Below, one piece after another: positions 24,567 through 36,900 of a stretch of DNA of 64,000 nt. Position numbers and translations under genes: made by a program. The DNA is taken from the NCBI GenBank assembly GCA_040285825.1, contig JAUPSS010000007.1, positions 2,206,689 through 2,270,688 of the forward strand, read 5' to 3'. How positions within the stretch are numbered: the first letter of the stretch is position 1; each line of letters opens with the position of its first letter. The DNA is from Eukaryota sp. TZLM1-RC. Lineage: Eukaryota > Protista > Metamonada: BaSk clade. Below the pieces are notes generated by a model. It saw nothing but the letters and a program-made list of their open reading frames with translations, was not told the origin of the DNA and did not search any database.

Positions 24567-24759
24567 ATTTTTTTAAAAATTCAGCATGAGTGAATTTTTA
24601 GTTGGTCATCAGTTGATTATTATTTTGCATTGTTGCATATTTTTATCCCTCAACCCTAAGTTGTAGAAGCAGTCAAGAGTTTAGACAATTGGTTACAAAT
24701 GGTTCTGCTAATTTCTTGGTGATGTTTTGATTCATTCAAAGATGGGGTCGTAATTTATG
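24567..24759. repeat. ~190-bp direct repeat, copy 2
   Basis: Matches 23103..23293. Confidence 0.9.
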
Positions 24760-24787
24760 GTAGACATATCAAACTTGTCATACGTTA

Positions 24788-26640
24788 TTAACAAAAGAAT
24801 TTTCTAATTTGATATCCTTGTGTATGTCCAATTCTGATGTGTTCTTCATCCCACTTTCCACTTTCTTCAAGAAACACAACCTCATCATCAACGGATGATT
24901 CCAAAATTTCCACATTCTGTTCTTCAATTTCATCATCATCATTGAATGAAACATCAAACAAACTTTCAAGATTGTTCAAAATAACCTCTTCTCCTTCGTC
25001 TTCTTCAGCAACAACCCTGGCTAATTACTGCCAGTGTAGATTCTCATGTAAATAGTCTTTTAGATCATAGCTTCTTTTTTCAAAGAGTTGTAAATTCATA
25101 TAAACAAACACAAAATCCTTTGCTCTTTCAGGATCAAGTTTGTTTATTTTGTTGCTGTGAATGAAGGAGTAGATACTCCAACATCTTTCACAAGATGACA
25201 GAGTATTGACCGTGTTAAAAATCTTTTGAGCAATTCTTTGTAGCTGTGGTGTGTCTGATCCGAAAATAGACCACCACTCATGACTGCTTAACTCTTTTGC
25301 ACAATCCTCTTCGATATCATCAACACCATTCAATCGCTTCTTCTTATAGACAAGCAACTGCTTTACAGTCTCCTTTGCTTCCATTGTTGACGTTGTCAAT
25401 TTTCTAATTGTGTTGACCAAAGACTACTTTCTTGTCCAATATCTGTGTCCAAAAATGATTTCCCTTCGTTGGTTGAGTCTGAACAGTACGTTTAGATACA
25501 GTATGTTATCTTACACTGGGAGTAGACTCTGCCTGTATTGGGCGAATTTCCATTAACTTCCTTCAGCAAATGTCTCTGTTGCTTTGAGTAAATCGGAGAG
25601 TTTATTCCAAAAATCTCGGTTTTGTACAATAACTTCAACTTCCGAAGCAGTTTGGTGTTTGTTTCTTGGCTGATACTGTTTCCAATCTTTCAATTGTTGC
25701 GTATCGAATAAGTTTTGGTGGGAATTATTAGAGTTAAAAGTCTTTTCATAAGTAAAAAATTGGTAGCAAAGCGTGTGGCGGAGGGTGTCAAGAAGTTTAG
25801 ATTTGGTGACATTTCCTTGAAGACAGAATAGACCACTGACTGATTTTTGATAAAATGTACTACTTTCCGCGATTGTGAGATAAGAGGAGCAACAAAATCT
25901 AGCTCTTCGAAATCCTCTAGCAATAAATCGATTCATTGGAATGGCAGCGTACCCAGGTATAATTTGGATAACGTTCTTCTATCCTTTTTGCAACGGGAAC
26001 CAGCACGAAAGCATTGTCCATGATAACATTTGTGATGTTATCTAATCAAATACGTTGAATGACTCTATCAACGTCATTGAAAATGTTCGATGCATCTTCT
26101 TTCTTCCCAAAAGTGTTGATTCAGTCATAAAACATGCTCTCACCACCTTAAATCAGTACAAAATTTGTTAAGGAATTACCTGATGGATCTGTCCATCCAT
26201 CAAAAGCCAAGGAACAACCAATTTCTTGTATCTTTTCAAACATTGGGGCTAGACGTAATTTGATACTGCTTTTTACTTTTTTAAGGAGATTAGTTCTGAG
26301 TGCACTGTAGGAGGGTGGAGAAAATAACAAAATTTGCTGATGTAAGCATACTTACCATGTTATGAAATTTTTTAGTACGAGCTGCATTGAAAGGGGTTCG
26401 GTTACGATAGAAAAAATGCTATAGCTTTATTCAATGCATTGGCACCAGTCTGGTCGAAATGAGCTTCGATTGTGCCCTTCTTGGGTGGTTTTAATGAAGG
26501 TTCGCTTTGTTTTCTGAAATTACGTTTGGTTGCACGAACAGGTAAAGTAGATGGAGGTTGGGAACATGATTTAACACCGGGAAGACAATAAAGATGTTGT
26601 TCCCTTCGTTGCTTACCGTTCATTGCTTAGAATTGGTTCA
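24788..26640 (-). mobile_element. Degenerate hAT transposase (DUF659-type with hAT dimerization domain)
   Basis: PPSYSALRT, LAFDGWTD, PSATRFATNF, WWSIFGSDTPQLQRIA, SSCERCWS motifs; acidic tail; many frameshifts. Confidence 0.88.
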
Positions 26641-26795
26641 AAAAATAGTGGGAATTTTGGGAATTTTTTGAAAAATTCCCAATTTAAAAATTCCCACTTA
26701 TTTTTAAACAGTGTTTACACGTGTGCACTTTTTGGTAACACGTGTGCAAATTTTAAAGACAAACATTTATAAGCAAAAGTTAAACCAAACTACAA

Positions 26796-28408
26796 TCATT
26801 CATAATCTGACTCAATATCAGACAAATCTGATCTGATTTCTATGATATCACCTGCTTCATATTCTAGACAAGTGGAGATGTTTTTAACGACTTTTTCCCA
26901 TCCTGACGCGATCCATTGAGACGCATTTGTTTCAACGAAACGAAAAGCAGTCGTGATCCATCTTCCCAAATGGTGATTCAAAGCTCCTTTGGTCAACTTC
27001 ATCTTGATGCATTCTGCAGGTACTCCCTTTGACAATGCATCTTGAACGTGCTCAGCACAATAGTCTGCGAAACTGTCCTTTAAATTGGCCTTAAATTCTT
27101 TGTTTATAGAAATGTCAAGAACACAAAAGAGATCGGTTGATCTTTCAGGAATCATAATAGGATCAATATTTAGCTCCTGGCAAACTTGGACAGCGTTTTC
27201 ACATTTATGAGAATGGTGGTGATCCCAAATCATCAAAGCACGTTCGCCCATTTGTACTCCTGCAAGTTCAAACCCTTCCTTAAGTTCAGCTCTGACTCGT
27301 TTCAAATAATTCCCTACTACATATCTCAAATACTTCACCATACTATGTCCATTTTGCCACGTTGTAACAGCAGCTTTTGATACACCCTCATTTTTTTGGG
27401 ATAATCAGTGAATTACGTCACTGGGCCATTCATAATCTGGAACACTGACTTGTGTTTTACCTTCCCAAATCAATTGTAATGGCAGCAATCTCCAGCTTTC
27501 GAAATTGTAAGTGTTGCTGTGTTGCGTCTTTTATCACCTAATCCTTGAATACTGATTTTTTTCTGACCTTTTGGAGCATAAGTTTTCCCTTTACTGGAAT
27601 CCAGGGTACCATGATTTCGTCCATCATCAGTACTAGGCGCGGGTGATAGTCTTCTGCTGCAGCCATAATTGCACTCATTTCTACGGCTGCATGTTTGACT
27701 TCAACAGGAGTCAATTTTCTGACAGTGGTAGGCTTTCTATTACTCCATGCATATGATTTTTCAAAAATGAATACGCCCAGTAGGGGGTAAATTCAATTGA
27801 TCCGCCATTACATTTCAATAAATTACCATATCCAGAGCTAATCATCAATTTTTTGGCTGTAGAGGCAACAATCAATGGGGTTATTATTGTACTGAAATTT
27901 CCATAGCTGAAATCAAATTCACCAACTTTTTCTGCATGTCTGTACCAATTAAAGGGCATCTTCCTTTCTTTGATCCATCCAAAAATTCTTCCTTAATTCT
28001 ATTAGACAACATAGGCTCATCACATCCTTGAAGAACAAACTTTGCTTTCAAAGCAAGTTACTCTTTTTTATATTGGCTGGCATTGGACTTGTTCATACCC
28101 TTGAAGCGGGCCAACTTGGAACAATAGCTTGCTGTTCTTTGTTCTTTCACCATATACTCAGCAAGTTCAAAATGGCGTTCCATAGGCCAAGGATTATATG
28201 AAGACTTGACCTTGTCAATGTTGGTGAGGTTGCAGGGTGATTGTAGCACGTCTTTCGCCGTTAAACGATCCTCAGGTGGAAGATGTTCCAGCACTTCTTC
28301 AGCAGTGTCGACGTTCAAGACGTCCAAAGTGGTAGATCGTTCAGGAAAATACTCATATAGACGTCTTTGTTTTAAAACAGGTTCAAGGGCTTTGTCAGGA
28401 ATGTTCAT
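26796..28408 (-). mobile_element. Degenerate pogo/Tigger-like (DDE_1) transposase
   Basis: LMMDEI, GDKRRNTAT, PLQLIWEGKT, LMIWDHHHSH, IPERSTDLFCVLDISINKEFK motifs. Confidence 0.8.
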
Positions 28409-28698
28409 TGGGTGAGAGATGAAAAAGAGGGTTGTTTCGTCTTCGTGGACTATAGTGGTTTATTATCTTGTCTGCCAGCTCTTGGCTTTTTTCTCTTCTT
28501 AAAAGAACGTTTTGTTGATTTGTGATTTATCAAGCATATACATAGACGAAAACCATGTCTAACATTTCAATATAGAGCAATAGTTGATACATTTAGTGTT
28601 TCTATAAAATTTTGTTATCTGTGTTGAATGATTCTGTGTTGAATCAGTATCTGTTGAATGGTATAAAAATCCATAACTATTAATTTTTCATTTTATAA

Positions 28699-29103
28699 AT
28701 GGTAAAAACAAGAATCATCTTTAATCAATCTGGTTCACATCAAGGTGCAATCAAAGATCAAGAAAACAAATTAAGACGAGAACACGGTATTCTCACAAAA
28801 CCTATTATGGATTTCAATATTGGATCAGTGGATTCACGTTGGCAAGCACATTTTTCAGACACTGCCCAAAAGACAACTGTTGTTCAAGATGTTGCTAAAA
28901 AGGATATTCCAATGATTGATGAAAATCGGGAATCCCTATTTATTATTGTAACCCAAAGATCACAAACATTACCAAGTGGAATTAAACTAGGATATATTGA
29001 TAAGGAAAAACAAACCATTCTACGAGTTGTCGAAATCACACAAAAAGAAGGTGTGTATGAATTAAATGCACCATTGATTTTCAAAAAAAAATATCAAATA
29101 TGA
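28699..29103 (+). CDS. Hypothetical protein, 134 aa
   Basis: Clean ATG-to-stop ORF in AT-rich DNA, preceded by TTTTATAAATG. Confidence 0.5.
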   Translation: MVKTRIIFNQSGSHQGAIKDQENKLRREHGILTKPIMDFNIGSVDSRWQAHFSDTAQKTTVVQDVAKKDIPMIDENRESLFIIVTQRSQTLPSGIKLGYIDKEKQTILRVVEITQKEGVYELNAPLIFKKKYQI

Positions 29104-29479
29104 ATTTTTCCTAGTCCACGATAAACACTGTAGACCTTGGAGTGTTTCTGTTTCAATTGGTACTAGAGTTAGTGGGATTTAACCCATTAATCCTCTACTC
29201 TTTAACAACATAAATTCCAAATCAGCTTCAGTTAGTTCGTATTTTTTCATCCCGTGACCAGCTGTTAAATTTGGTCGTTCGGGTAAATTACGATTGGATA
29301 ACATTCCAAATTCTTGAATTTTTTTTCGGCTGAAAACATTTAACAACATCAAAATATATTTATTATCATAAAAATGACTTTTTACATTTTATAAATGGAA
29401 AACCATAGATTACGTCCTCGTACTGATAAAGATGTCGAAGAAGAATGTATAAAGATATTTAAATTGGGTGAGGATCCCC

Positions 29480-30670
29480 AATTAAACTAACTAGATTAGA
29501 CTAATCAATCTGTCATTTCTGGAAGGTGTCCTTGTTTGACAGTACGAAACGACATTTCCTTTCTCCTCTCACCTGCTATGTCCCAGGATTCGTCAACATG
29601 AACTTCCCGCTGAGAAGAGCCTTGCCTCACAGAAAGGAAGTCACCTCCCCAATAAGGAGAGTGGTCATCACGGTGAGGATGATTCAGAATCCTTTGGAGA
29701 ACCTTCCTTGTAGAAAGAGTTTTCTTACTCCTAGCAAACAAAGAAAATATTGAGTGTTAGTAAACACGAATAGTTGTAACGTTTGTACAGATGGTGAAGC
29801 AAGTGAAGGCGAACAACAGTCCACGACTGGTTCTACACATAAGACTCCTTCCTCATCCACTTTTGATACCATCTCAAGTGAGGAACCTCAAAGTTTTACC
29901 AAAGAAACCCAAATTTTGGATAACAGCAGGAAAGGGGACGAGAGTAACGATGAACCTCTTTGTCGAACAAACTTTTGCAATCCAACTCCAAATCTTACTT
30001 CGACGGAAACAACCTCTCAAGGTTTTCATCGAAGAAAACTGGCAATGTCAGTTGAGGCTGTAACTAGGAAGTTCTTATTGGACCTCATCGCCAATTCTTC
30101 CGATGTTGTAATGGATTGGAGTGACGATGAGTTACTACAAATTGTTGAGAATGAATCAGAACGACTTTTGGGAGACGTGGATTCAGCCGAAAATGAGAAG
30201 GCCAATCCCGACTGATTAGCTAAACGCTGGCCCTTCCTCTTTAGGGAAGTTCACGGCAAAACACTTGACGATGTCGGTTACGAAAGTTACGATCAAAGTC
30301 CTAATTTCTTGAAGAAATTGATTGAACTAACTGATTCGGCAGTCTCGTGTGGAATAAATACAGTTGAGGATTGCTATTTTAATGCTCCTCGTGCAAATAT
30401 CAAGCTGCTACTCCCAGGCCTGCCAAAAGGCATAAGGATGCGATTGATAACCACAAATATTTTAGTGGCAATCAAGAAACCTACGACAGGTTATTTTGGA
30501 TAGCTAAAATGTATCCACATAACCAGCAAGGTAGAAACCTCAGAGGCGTTGTAAGGCGTTTCCTAGTGGAGAACGTTCACCCAAAAGATTCCATTGCGTA
30601 CATTTTAATTTTGCTCGGGTGTAGATTCGATGAATCTCGAGGCGACACCCTTCGATTTCGTGCCATGGAA
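29480..30670. mobile_element. Probable degenerate retroelement debris
   Basis: Weak chromodomain-like ORF 29505..29741 (-) ending in an LTR-like TGATTAGTCT stretch; low-complexity Ser/Thr-rich ORF 29754..30215 (+). Confidence 0.3.
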
Positions 30671-30747
30671 TGTTAAGGGAAATCCTTATTTCCTTGTAAT
30701 AAATTACTCTACATCTAGGTATAATGTCTAACCCCCACAGATCATCA
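30671..30747 (+). repeat. 5' LTR of family C, internally deleted (77 bp)
   Basis: 30672..30747 matches 37875..37950; consistent with a 78-bp deletion between two GTTA microhomologies. Confidence 0.9.
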
Positions 30748-32355
30748 ATACGTATTGGATCACCTTTGAGTGGTTCCAATGACAACTCCGAGACTGTTAG
30801 GACTGATCCTCCTACGTCTCACCCTTCGAGTTCTTCCTCCCGAACTCCTCAGTCGGGACCAGAACAACCCTCGACAACTGGGTCCGAGGGAAGCAATGCT
30901 TCTCCTCCTCCTGTGTTAACTCCTTCTTCCGGAGATTCTGTTACACAACCCAATGTTTCAAGTTCTTCCTCCCAAACTCCTCAGTTGGGAACAGAACAGC
31001 CCTCTGGTGGCGAGAGAAGTGATACTTCCTCTCAACCCTCGGGTCAAGGTTCCACTCCATCTACGGATGACGTTCCTGTGGTTCCTATCAGTCTTCCTGT
31101 TCCTCCCTCTAATGTGGAAAACTTTGTACCTCTTTCTCCTCCCCCTGGTTCTGAAGGAGAGGTTGAAGATTCCCTTTTAGGTCCTGAACAGTTCAGTACT
31201 CTAGATGAATTTCTGAAGTACATCATCAACCAGACTGACCCCGACTCGGCCAGCAACAAGATATCTGAGCTGTTGAAGCTCAAGAGGGTAGAACCTCCCT
31301 CTTCACCTATTGTTTGCGCTCCTGTTGCTCCTTCCACTTCTTCTACGGAAGCTCCTGCAGAAGGACAACAAATTCCTTCTACTCCTTCTACGGAAGCTCC
31401 TGGGGAAGGACAACAAGCTCCTTCTATTCCTTCTTCGGAAGCTCCTATGGAAGGCAGCCCTCCGCAACAACCAGCTCCTCCTGCAGTCCCTGCTGGTAAC
31501 TCTAATCCTACTACTCCTTCTCGAGAAGTTCCTGTAGCAGGTCCTCCTAATACTTCTGCTCCTACTACGGTAGCTCCTACAGAAGTCCATTCAACTCCAT
31601 CTGTTTCTCCTTCGGGAGTTCCTACTAGAAGAGTAATTCATATTCCCCCAACCTCTGGCTAGACTCCTCAGCAAGGTCACGTTGTTTCTTCTGTTCCTGC
31701 TGCTTGGCAGGTGCTTAGCGCTGCACAGCCTAACACCTATCAAGCCCCAAGCCAGCCCCAGGAATCAGATTCTCCTTTCATCTCTACTCAGCAAAGGACT
31801 GAAGCTCAAACTTTAGTTCTCAATGCTGGTATTGAGTTAATGCAAGGAGATCCTGCATCGATTCCTCCCAATGAACTCATTGCTGCTTTACCCCCATTTT
31901 GGGGTCCAGAAGTGGTTAATGATCACGGCTTTAGGATACGCAGAAGAATTGGCCCCTACTTCCCAACGGAGGAAGTAGACAATCTTACGGTTCGTTGTGA
32001 CCCTTCTCCAAATTATCCTCAACGGGATACTGTTGGAGGGTTCAGAACTCCTCGTGAAGGTGTACAGAGGATCTTCGCTGGTGATGAGCTTAATCTCTTC
32101 CTCAACCGATGTAACCCATGTCCTTTCCCCAGGTTTAGCCCTGGATACAATGCCTCTCTTGACATTTATATCAATAGAAATTTCAGGACTGGATGGTGGT
32201 ACACTTACACTACGAACTACCAAAGATTGTACCTTCAAGACCGCAGACCAGACCATTGTGCGTCATTTTTTGGTCCGGAGCATAGAAGGAATAGGCCCTT
32301 AAGGGATGCCCTGATGAATGTACAGGAGAACACCAATTGGCGTCACCAATTCTAG
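30724..32355 (+). pseudogene. ORF1: Ser/Pro-rich region plus conserved unknown domain (in-frame TAG at 31660)
   Basis: 30724..31662 and 31711..32355 are in the same frame; domain homologous to family B 19270..19638. Confidence 0.75.
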
Positions 32356-33949
32356 TTCTCTTCTGTGGGTCAATATCGATGGTAATGTGCAAAGTTACTA
32401 TCCGAGTGATCATGACCCGGTAGAATTGAGAACTTCTGAGCCTGACCCAGTTGAGACAGACACAGTGTTCTCATCTTTGAGCATTGAGCCTCAAGATGAC
32501 CAACAACTAGATGAGCCGATGGCAACTACTGACACTGTTGAGACAGTGCAACAACCTGTAGTTGTCCAATCTCAGGATCCATCAACTCCTTCCCAGGTTC
32601 CTCAGGACCCTAGGCTTCTAGGAGCAACTCCTTCTAATACTCCCATAGCTCCCCAGTATTCCAACACCCTACTGATGGAAGCTATGGCGAGTTCACAAGA
32701 TAGAGATAGAGATAGACAGAGAGGTGGTCGTCCTAGAAAACCCACCCTGGAAGCCAACGATATCTCTGACCCAGTAAGGATCTTGAAATTCATCGACAGA
32801 TTTATTCTGTATGCTAGGACTGAGAGGACCATTGAAGAGAGAGACATCAATGAATCTGATCCTACTCAAGTCAGACTAGCAAGAGAAGTGTCTGAATTAA
32901 GAAGGCACCTTGAGGAACGTTCTCGTCCTCCTGCCACTCCTCAATCCATAAGCAGAGAAAATCGGAACCTCCCTCTCGATCAGAGATATGGTAACCCCCT
33001 CCACGAATGGGACCGATTCAGAGCTGCTGCTCAAGTCGACCGTCGTAGGATTGCCTCCTGTGTTACTCCAGAGTGCTTAGCTGCTCTGAGAGCTCAAGGC
33101 AGGTTTTCATCTATGTTTGATAGTATCTCAGCTATCGACAACATTAATGAGGAGCAAATATGGGAATCAATTCTACACCTCAGCCAGTATAGTACTTTAG
33201 AAACGGCGAGGAACCAGTTATATAGAGTTCAGATGAATTGGAATATTCAGGACTTTCGGAATCGCTGGGGCGACTTCACTGTGAGGCTAATGAGAACAGT
33301 TTCACGAAGTACCGCCATTTCTGACGTCAGGGCTAGCGACCGTGCCTTGTATGGTCAACATTTCCTACAGCGCATTCAAAACTGGGAAATTGCAACCCAT
33401 GTGATCGATTCTGTTGGTATTCAGGCCATCAGTGACAACCTGAGAACAGTATGGTCCACACCCAATGTTTGGCAACACCATACTTTACAACAATTTGTCG
33501 ACATCCTTGCTGCTGAATACATGAGTTGGTGTTCAGCAAGATCCTATGACGAGCAAAGGGCCAACATCAGTGACAGCTACCAACAACATATGGGTCACTA
33601 TGTTAGAGCTAACCCAAAGGACAAGAAACGAATAGGCAAATTTAAGCCTGCGGGTTCCAGCGTCGCCCCTGCTCAACTTACCAAAAGGAGCAAGTTGCAA
33701 ATTAAGAAAGAAAGAGATAAAGCTGGTCTCTGTAGATTCTGTGGTATTCCAGGCCACTCTATTAACGAATGTCCCGACCCTGATTGCCAGCGATCCAAGC
33801 AATGGCGAGAGGCCAACCCAGATGCTGTTCGAGCATATTTGGCTAGGGGTAGTAGTGATAGTAGTAGAGGCAGAGGTAGACGTAGAGGAAGAGGCAAGGC
33901 CCTTCTAATAGTAATAAACGTTCCCATAAATATTCAATGTTTACTATAG
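32318..33949 (+). CDS. gag: Gag (capsid-like region plus zinc knuckle)
   Basis: CRFCGIPGHSINEC knuckle and RG-rich tail, directly upstream of pol. Confidence 0.85.
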   Translation: MYRRTPIGVTNSSSLLWVNIDGNVQSYYPSDHDPVELRTSEPDPVETDTVFSSLSIEPQDDQQLDEPMATTDTVETVQQPVVVQSQDPSTPSQVPQDPRLLGATPSNTPIAPQYSNTLLMEAMASSQDRDRDRQRGGRPRKPTLEANDISDPVRILKFIDRFILYARTERTIEERDINESDPTQVRLAREVSELRRHLEERSRPPATPQSISRENRNLPLDQRYGNPLHEWDRFRAAAQVDRRRIASCVTPECLAALRAQGRFSSMFDSISAIDNINEEQIWESILHLSQYSTLETARNQLYRVQMNWNIQDFRNRWGDFTVRLMRTVSRSTAISDVRASDRALYGQHFLQRIQNWEIATHVIDSVGIQAISDNLRTVWSTPNVWQHHTLQQFVDILAAEYMSWCSARSYDEQRANISDSYQQHMGHYVRANPKDKKRIGKFKPAGSSVAPAQLTKRSKLQIKKERDKAGLCRFCGIPGHSINECPDPDCQRSKQWREANPDAVRAYLARGSSDSSRGRGRRRGRGKALLIVINVPINIQCLL

Positions 33950-36900
33950 AGCAAAATAGCTCTCCAACAGGTAATACATCAAAGCAACGTTCAAACAAAT
34001 GTTCCTTGTTTACTATAGAGCAAGACAGCTCTCCAGCACGTAAAACACCAAACATAAAACAAATCTCAGTCTCCAACCAGTGGATTAAGTGTTTAACTAA
34101 TCCTTTGACTACCTGGAATTTTAAAACAGCTACAACGATAGAAACACCAAATACACCCTGTTTCAATCTTGAGTTCGACTCGAACCCAGACTCAGAGTCC
34201 CACAGCGATATCTTCATGGTTCACACCTCAGATGTCGCACGCAAAAATTTAAAATTGAAATTTTCAATAAATAACAGCGAAATAGAAGGGATCATCGATT
34301 TTGGAGCTTCGATATCAGTCATCACTGTTGATTTAGCAGAGAGATGCAACATGGCAAAGACTAACCATTGCATAAACTTTAAGTCTGCAAACAACATCAT
34401 GTCAAAGTCTTTAGGATCAGCAGAAGGCACACTGAGCTTCAGACTCGGTAGCGTAACCCAATTAGTTCATGTGAAACATAGCTTGGCCATCATTCCTGGC
34501 AACAATATGTTACTAATTGGTAGAGACCTGTTGCATCACCTAGGCTTATTGAACGATGAAGGCCTCTTCATCAAGATGGATGAAGAACATCGTACATTAC
34601 TTCTGCCTGAGGCTGAATTCGACCATCGAATCTCCCAAGTCTCAGATGTCGTCAACGTCCCCAGACGTTGGTTGGAGCACATACAGTCTTCTGGTTGTAC
34701 TATTAACCTCGACTGTGATAACGACAAGAAGACCTTACTTCTAACCTTGCAAGAGTTCGAAGAGACATTCACCCTTAAGCCGCATGCTGATGGGATTGAC
34801 TGTCCTCCAATGGAGATCAACTTTCATGATGAAAGTATTCGAGTCAGACGACCCCCTCGTAGGTTAAACCCCGAGAAGCAGAAAGTCGCCGAACAGATCT
34901 TCGATGAACTCGTCGAGTCTGGATTTGCTGTACCATCGAACCATGAGTTCAGCTCTCCAGTATGTCTTGTGGTATACCCTGATCATCGTAAGCCTCGCCT
35001 TACTGGTGATTACAGCGGCAAGGACGGAGTCAACGCCAACACTATTCCCGTTGAACCTAATCTCCCTAGAATATCCGATGTGCTAGTCTTCCTTTCGGAA
35101 GCCAATTTCATCGGTACCCTTGACCTCCCCAAAGCCTTTTGGCAACTGAAAATTGCAGAACAGGACTGGAAGAAGACTGCCTTAAGCATCCCTGGCAAAA
35201 GTATCATGTTTAAACGTGCTGCTTTCGGCCTCAAGAACGTTCCTGCAGTTTTCCAGAACGTTATGGCAGACATCTTCTCCGGAGACGGTGTATTCATCTA
35301 TATAGATGACATCATTATAGTAGGTAGAACTTTCAACGAGTTCCTCGGACGTCTAAGACGTGTCCTCGAGAAAGCTCGAACCCGTAGAGTTAGCCTTGGA
35401 CTGCCCAAGTGCCATTTTGTGTCCTCTAGACACCCAATAAAGATCCTTGGTAGCAGATTCCAACACAAAACCAGGACCATAGATCCTACACGCACAGAGT
35501 CTTTACTGAATCTTCCCAGACCTAAGACTGTGAAAGACGCCCGTAGCCTTATCGGCTCAGTCAACTTCATTAGGGAATGGCCTCCCCAGGTAACCAAGCA
35601 TGTTGCCCCGATCATCAAATTAACACACAGCAAACCACGTCGCCTGCAGTGGAAAGACACTCACGACTACCATTTAGCCGAAATCAAACGCCTGATCGCG
35701 GAGCATATGCCTCTAAACTTACCTCCGGTGGATAACCAAGTACTAATTAGTTGCGATGCCTCTGATATAGCAGTTGGCGGCGTGATTTGGGAACAAATAG
35801 AACCCACTAAGGACCCTGGTACTTCCTTACTCAATAGGAAATGTAGACCAATCAGCTTCTTCAGCAGATTGTTGACTAACTCCCAGCAGAACTGGCCCAC
35901 GGTACAGAAAGAGCTTTACGCTATCCTTCTCATGCTTGCCAAAAGTGGCTTCGAGAACTACCTTAAAGGAAGGCGTCTGATCATTTTCACAGATCACCAA
36001 AACCTTACTTACATGCTTACCGCTCCGAACAAAAACAGAATAGTCAGAAGGTGGCTTCCCATCTTTTCTGAGTTCTTATTCGACATCGTTCATACAAAAG
36101 GGGAAGAGAACCATTGGGCAGACATGCTATCTAGGATAGTACCGCCCCAAGACAATCATACCATCAACCATCTGGTCCATTCCAACGACCAAGAGTTTCA
36201 CCCTATCTACTACACAAATAGGATTGATGAAACTGAGTCAGAGAGATGCTTCGTTGAAGATTTCCATACATTCGAGAAGGTGCTTATCCTTCAAGATCAA
36301 TGCTCCAATGACCTTCCACTCTTCGAGCCATGGCTCTGCAAGATCAGGTCCGAACAAAAGCGTGCCCTCGCTAACCAGGACACCTCGTTTAACAACTGTA
36401 CTTTGGATAGTCGTCTAGATCTTTATCTAACTCCAGAGCACAAGATCGTGATTCCTCAATCACTGGTTAAGGATACGCTTAACCTTCTACATGGACTCCC
36501 GCAAGGTGGCCACCCCAGTAAGGCAGAAAGTCTCCTCAGACTCAAGAACAGCAACTACTGGTACCCTAACATGCTTTCTGACATGACCAAGCACGTCCAA
36601 GAATTCCCCTCCTGTTAGAAGACAGCAGCAGTCCCCAAACTGCATGTCCCTACAACTGGTTCCTTGTGGGCTGACAGACCATTCGCAAGAGTTAACGTCC
36701 TCTTCCAGAAGATCAAGACGGCCACAGATACATTCTCGTATTTGTGGATAGCTTCACGAGGTTCACTATCATATTTCCCCTCAAAGAACTCAACGCCAAC
36801 CTTACCGCTGACGCTCTCATATGGAAGGTATGTGCGATATTCGGGATCCCGTTCATAGTCCATAGTGACAACGGTCTTGAGTTCTCAAAAGCTGTCTTCG

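Noticed and set aside
30755-30775. TGG 8 nt after each 5' LTR as a conventional tRNA PBS
   Set aside because: The offset is unusually long, the following sequences differ between families, and their complements lack T-arm features of tRNA 3' ends. A tRNA database search is still needed to exclude it fully.
31340-31460. Short tandem repeats in LTR ORF1 (STEAP units; also GATTCCGTTCC units in family B) as a CRISPR-like array
   Set aside because: They are in-frame coding repeats in a low-complexity region, without constant repeat and unique spacer structure.
31660-31662. In-frame TAG/TAA stops in retroelement ORFs as evidence of stop-to-Gln recoding
   Set aside because: Intact host genes end in TAG (ProRS), TAA (lysozyme) and TGA (nicastrin, HDAC) and have no internal stops; the tRNA-Gln has a normal TTG anticodon; the elements also carry frameshifts.
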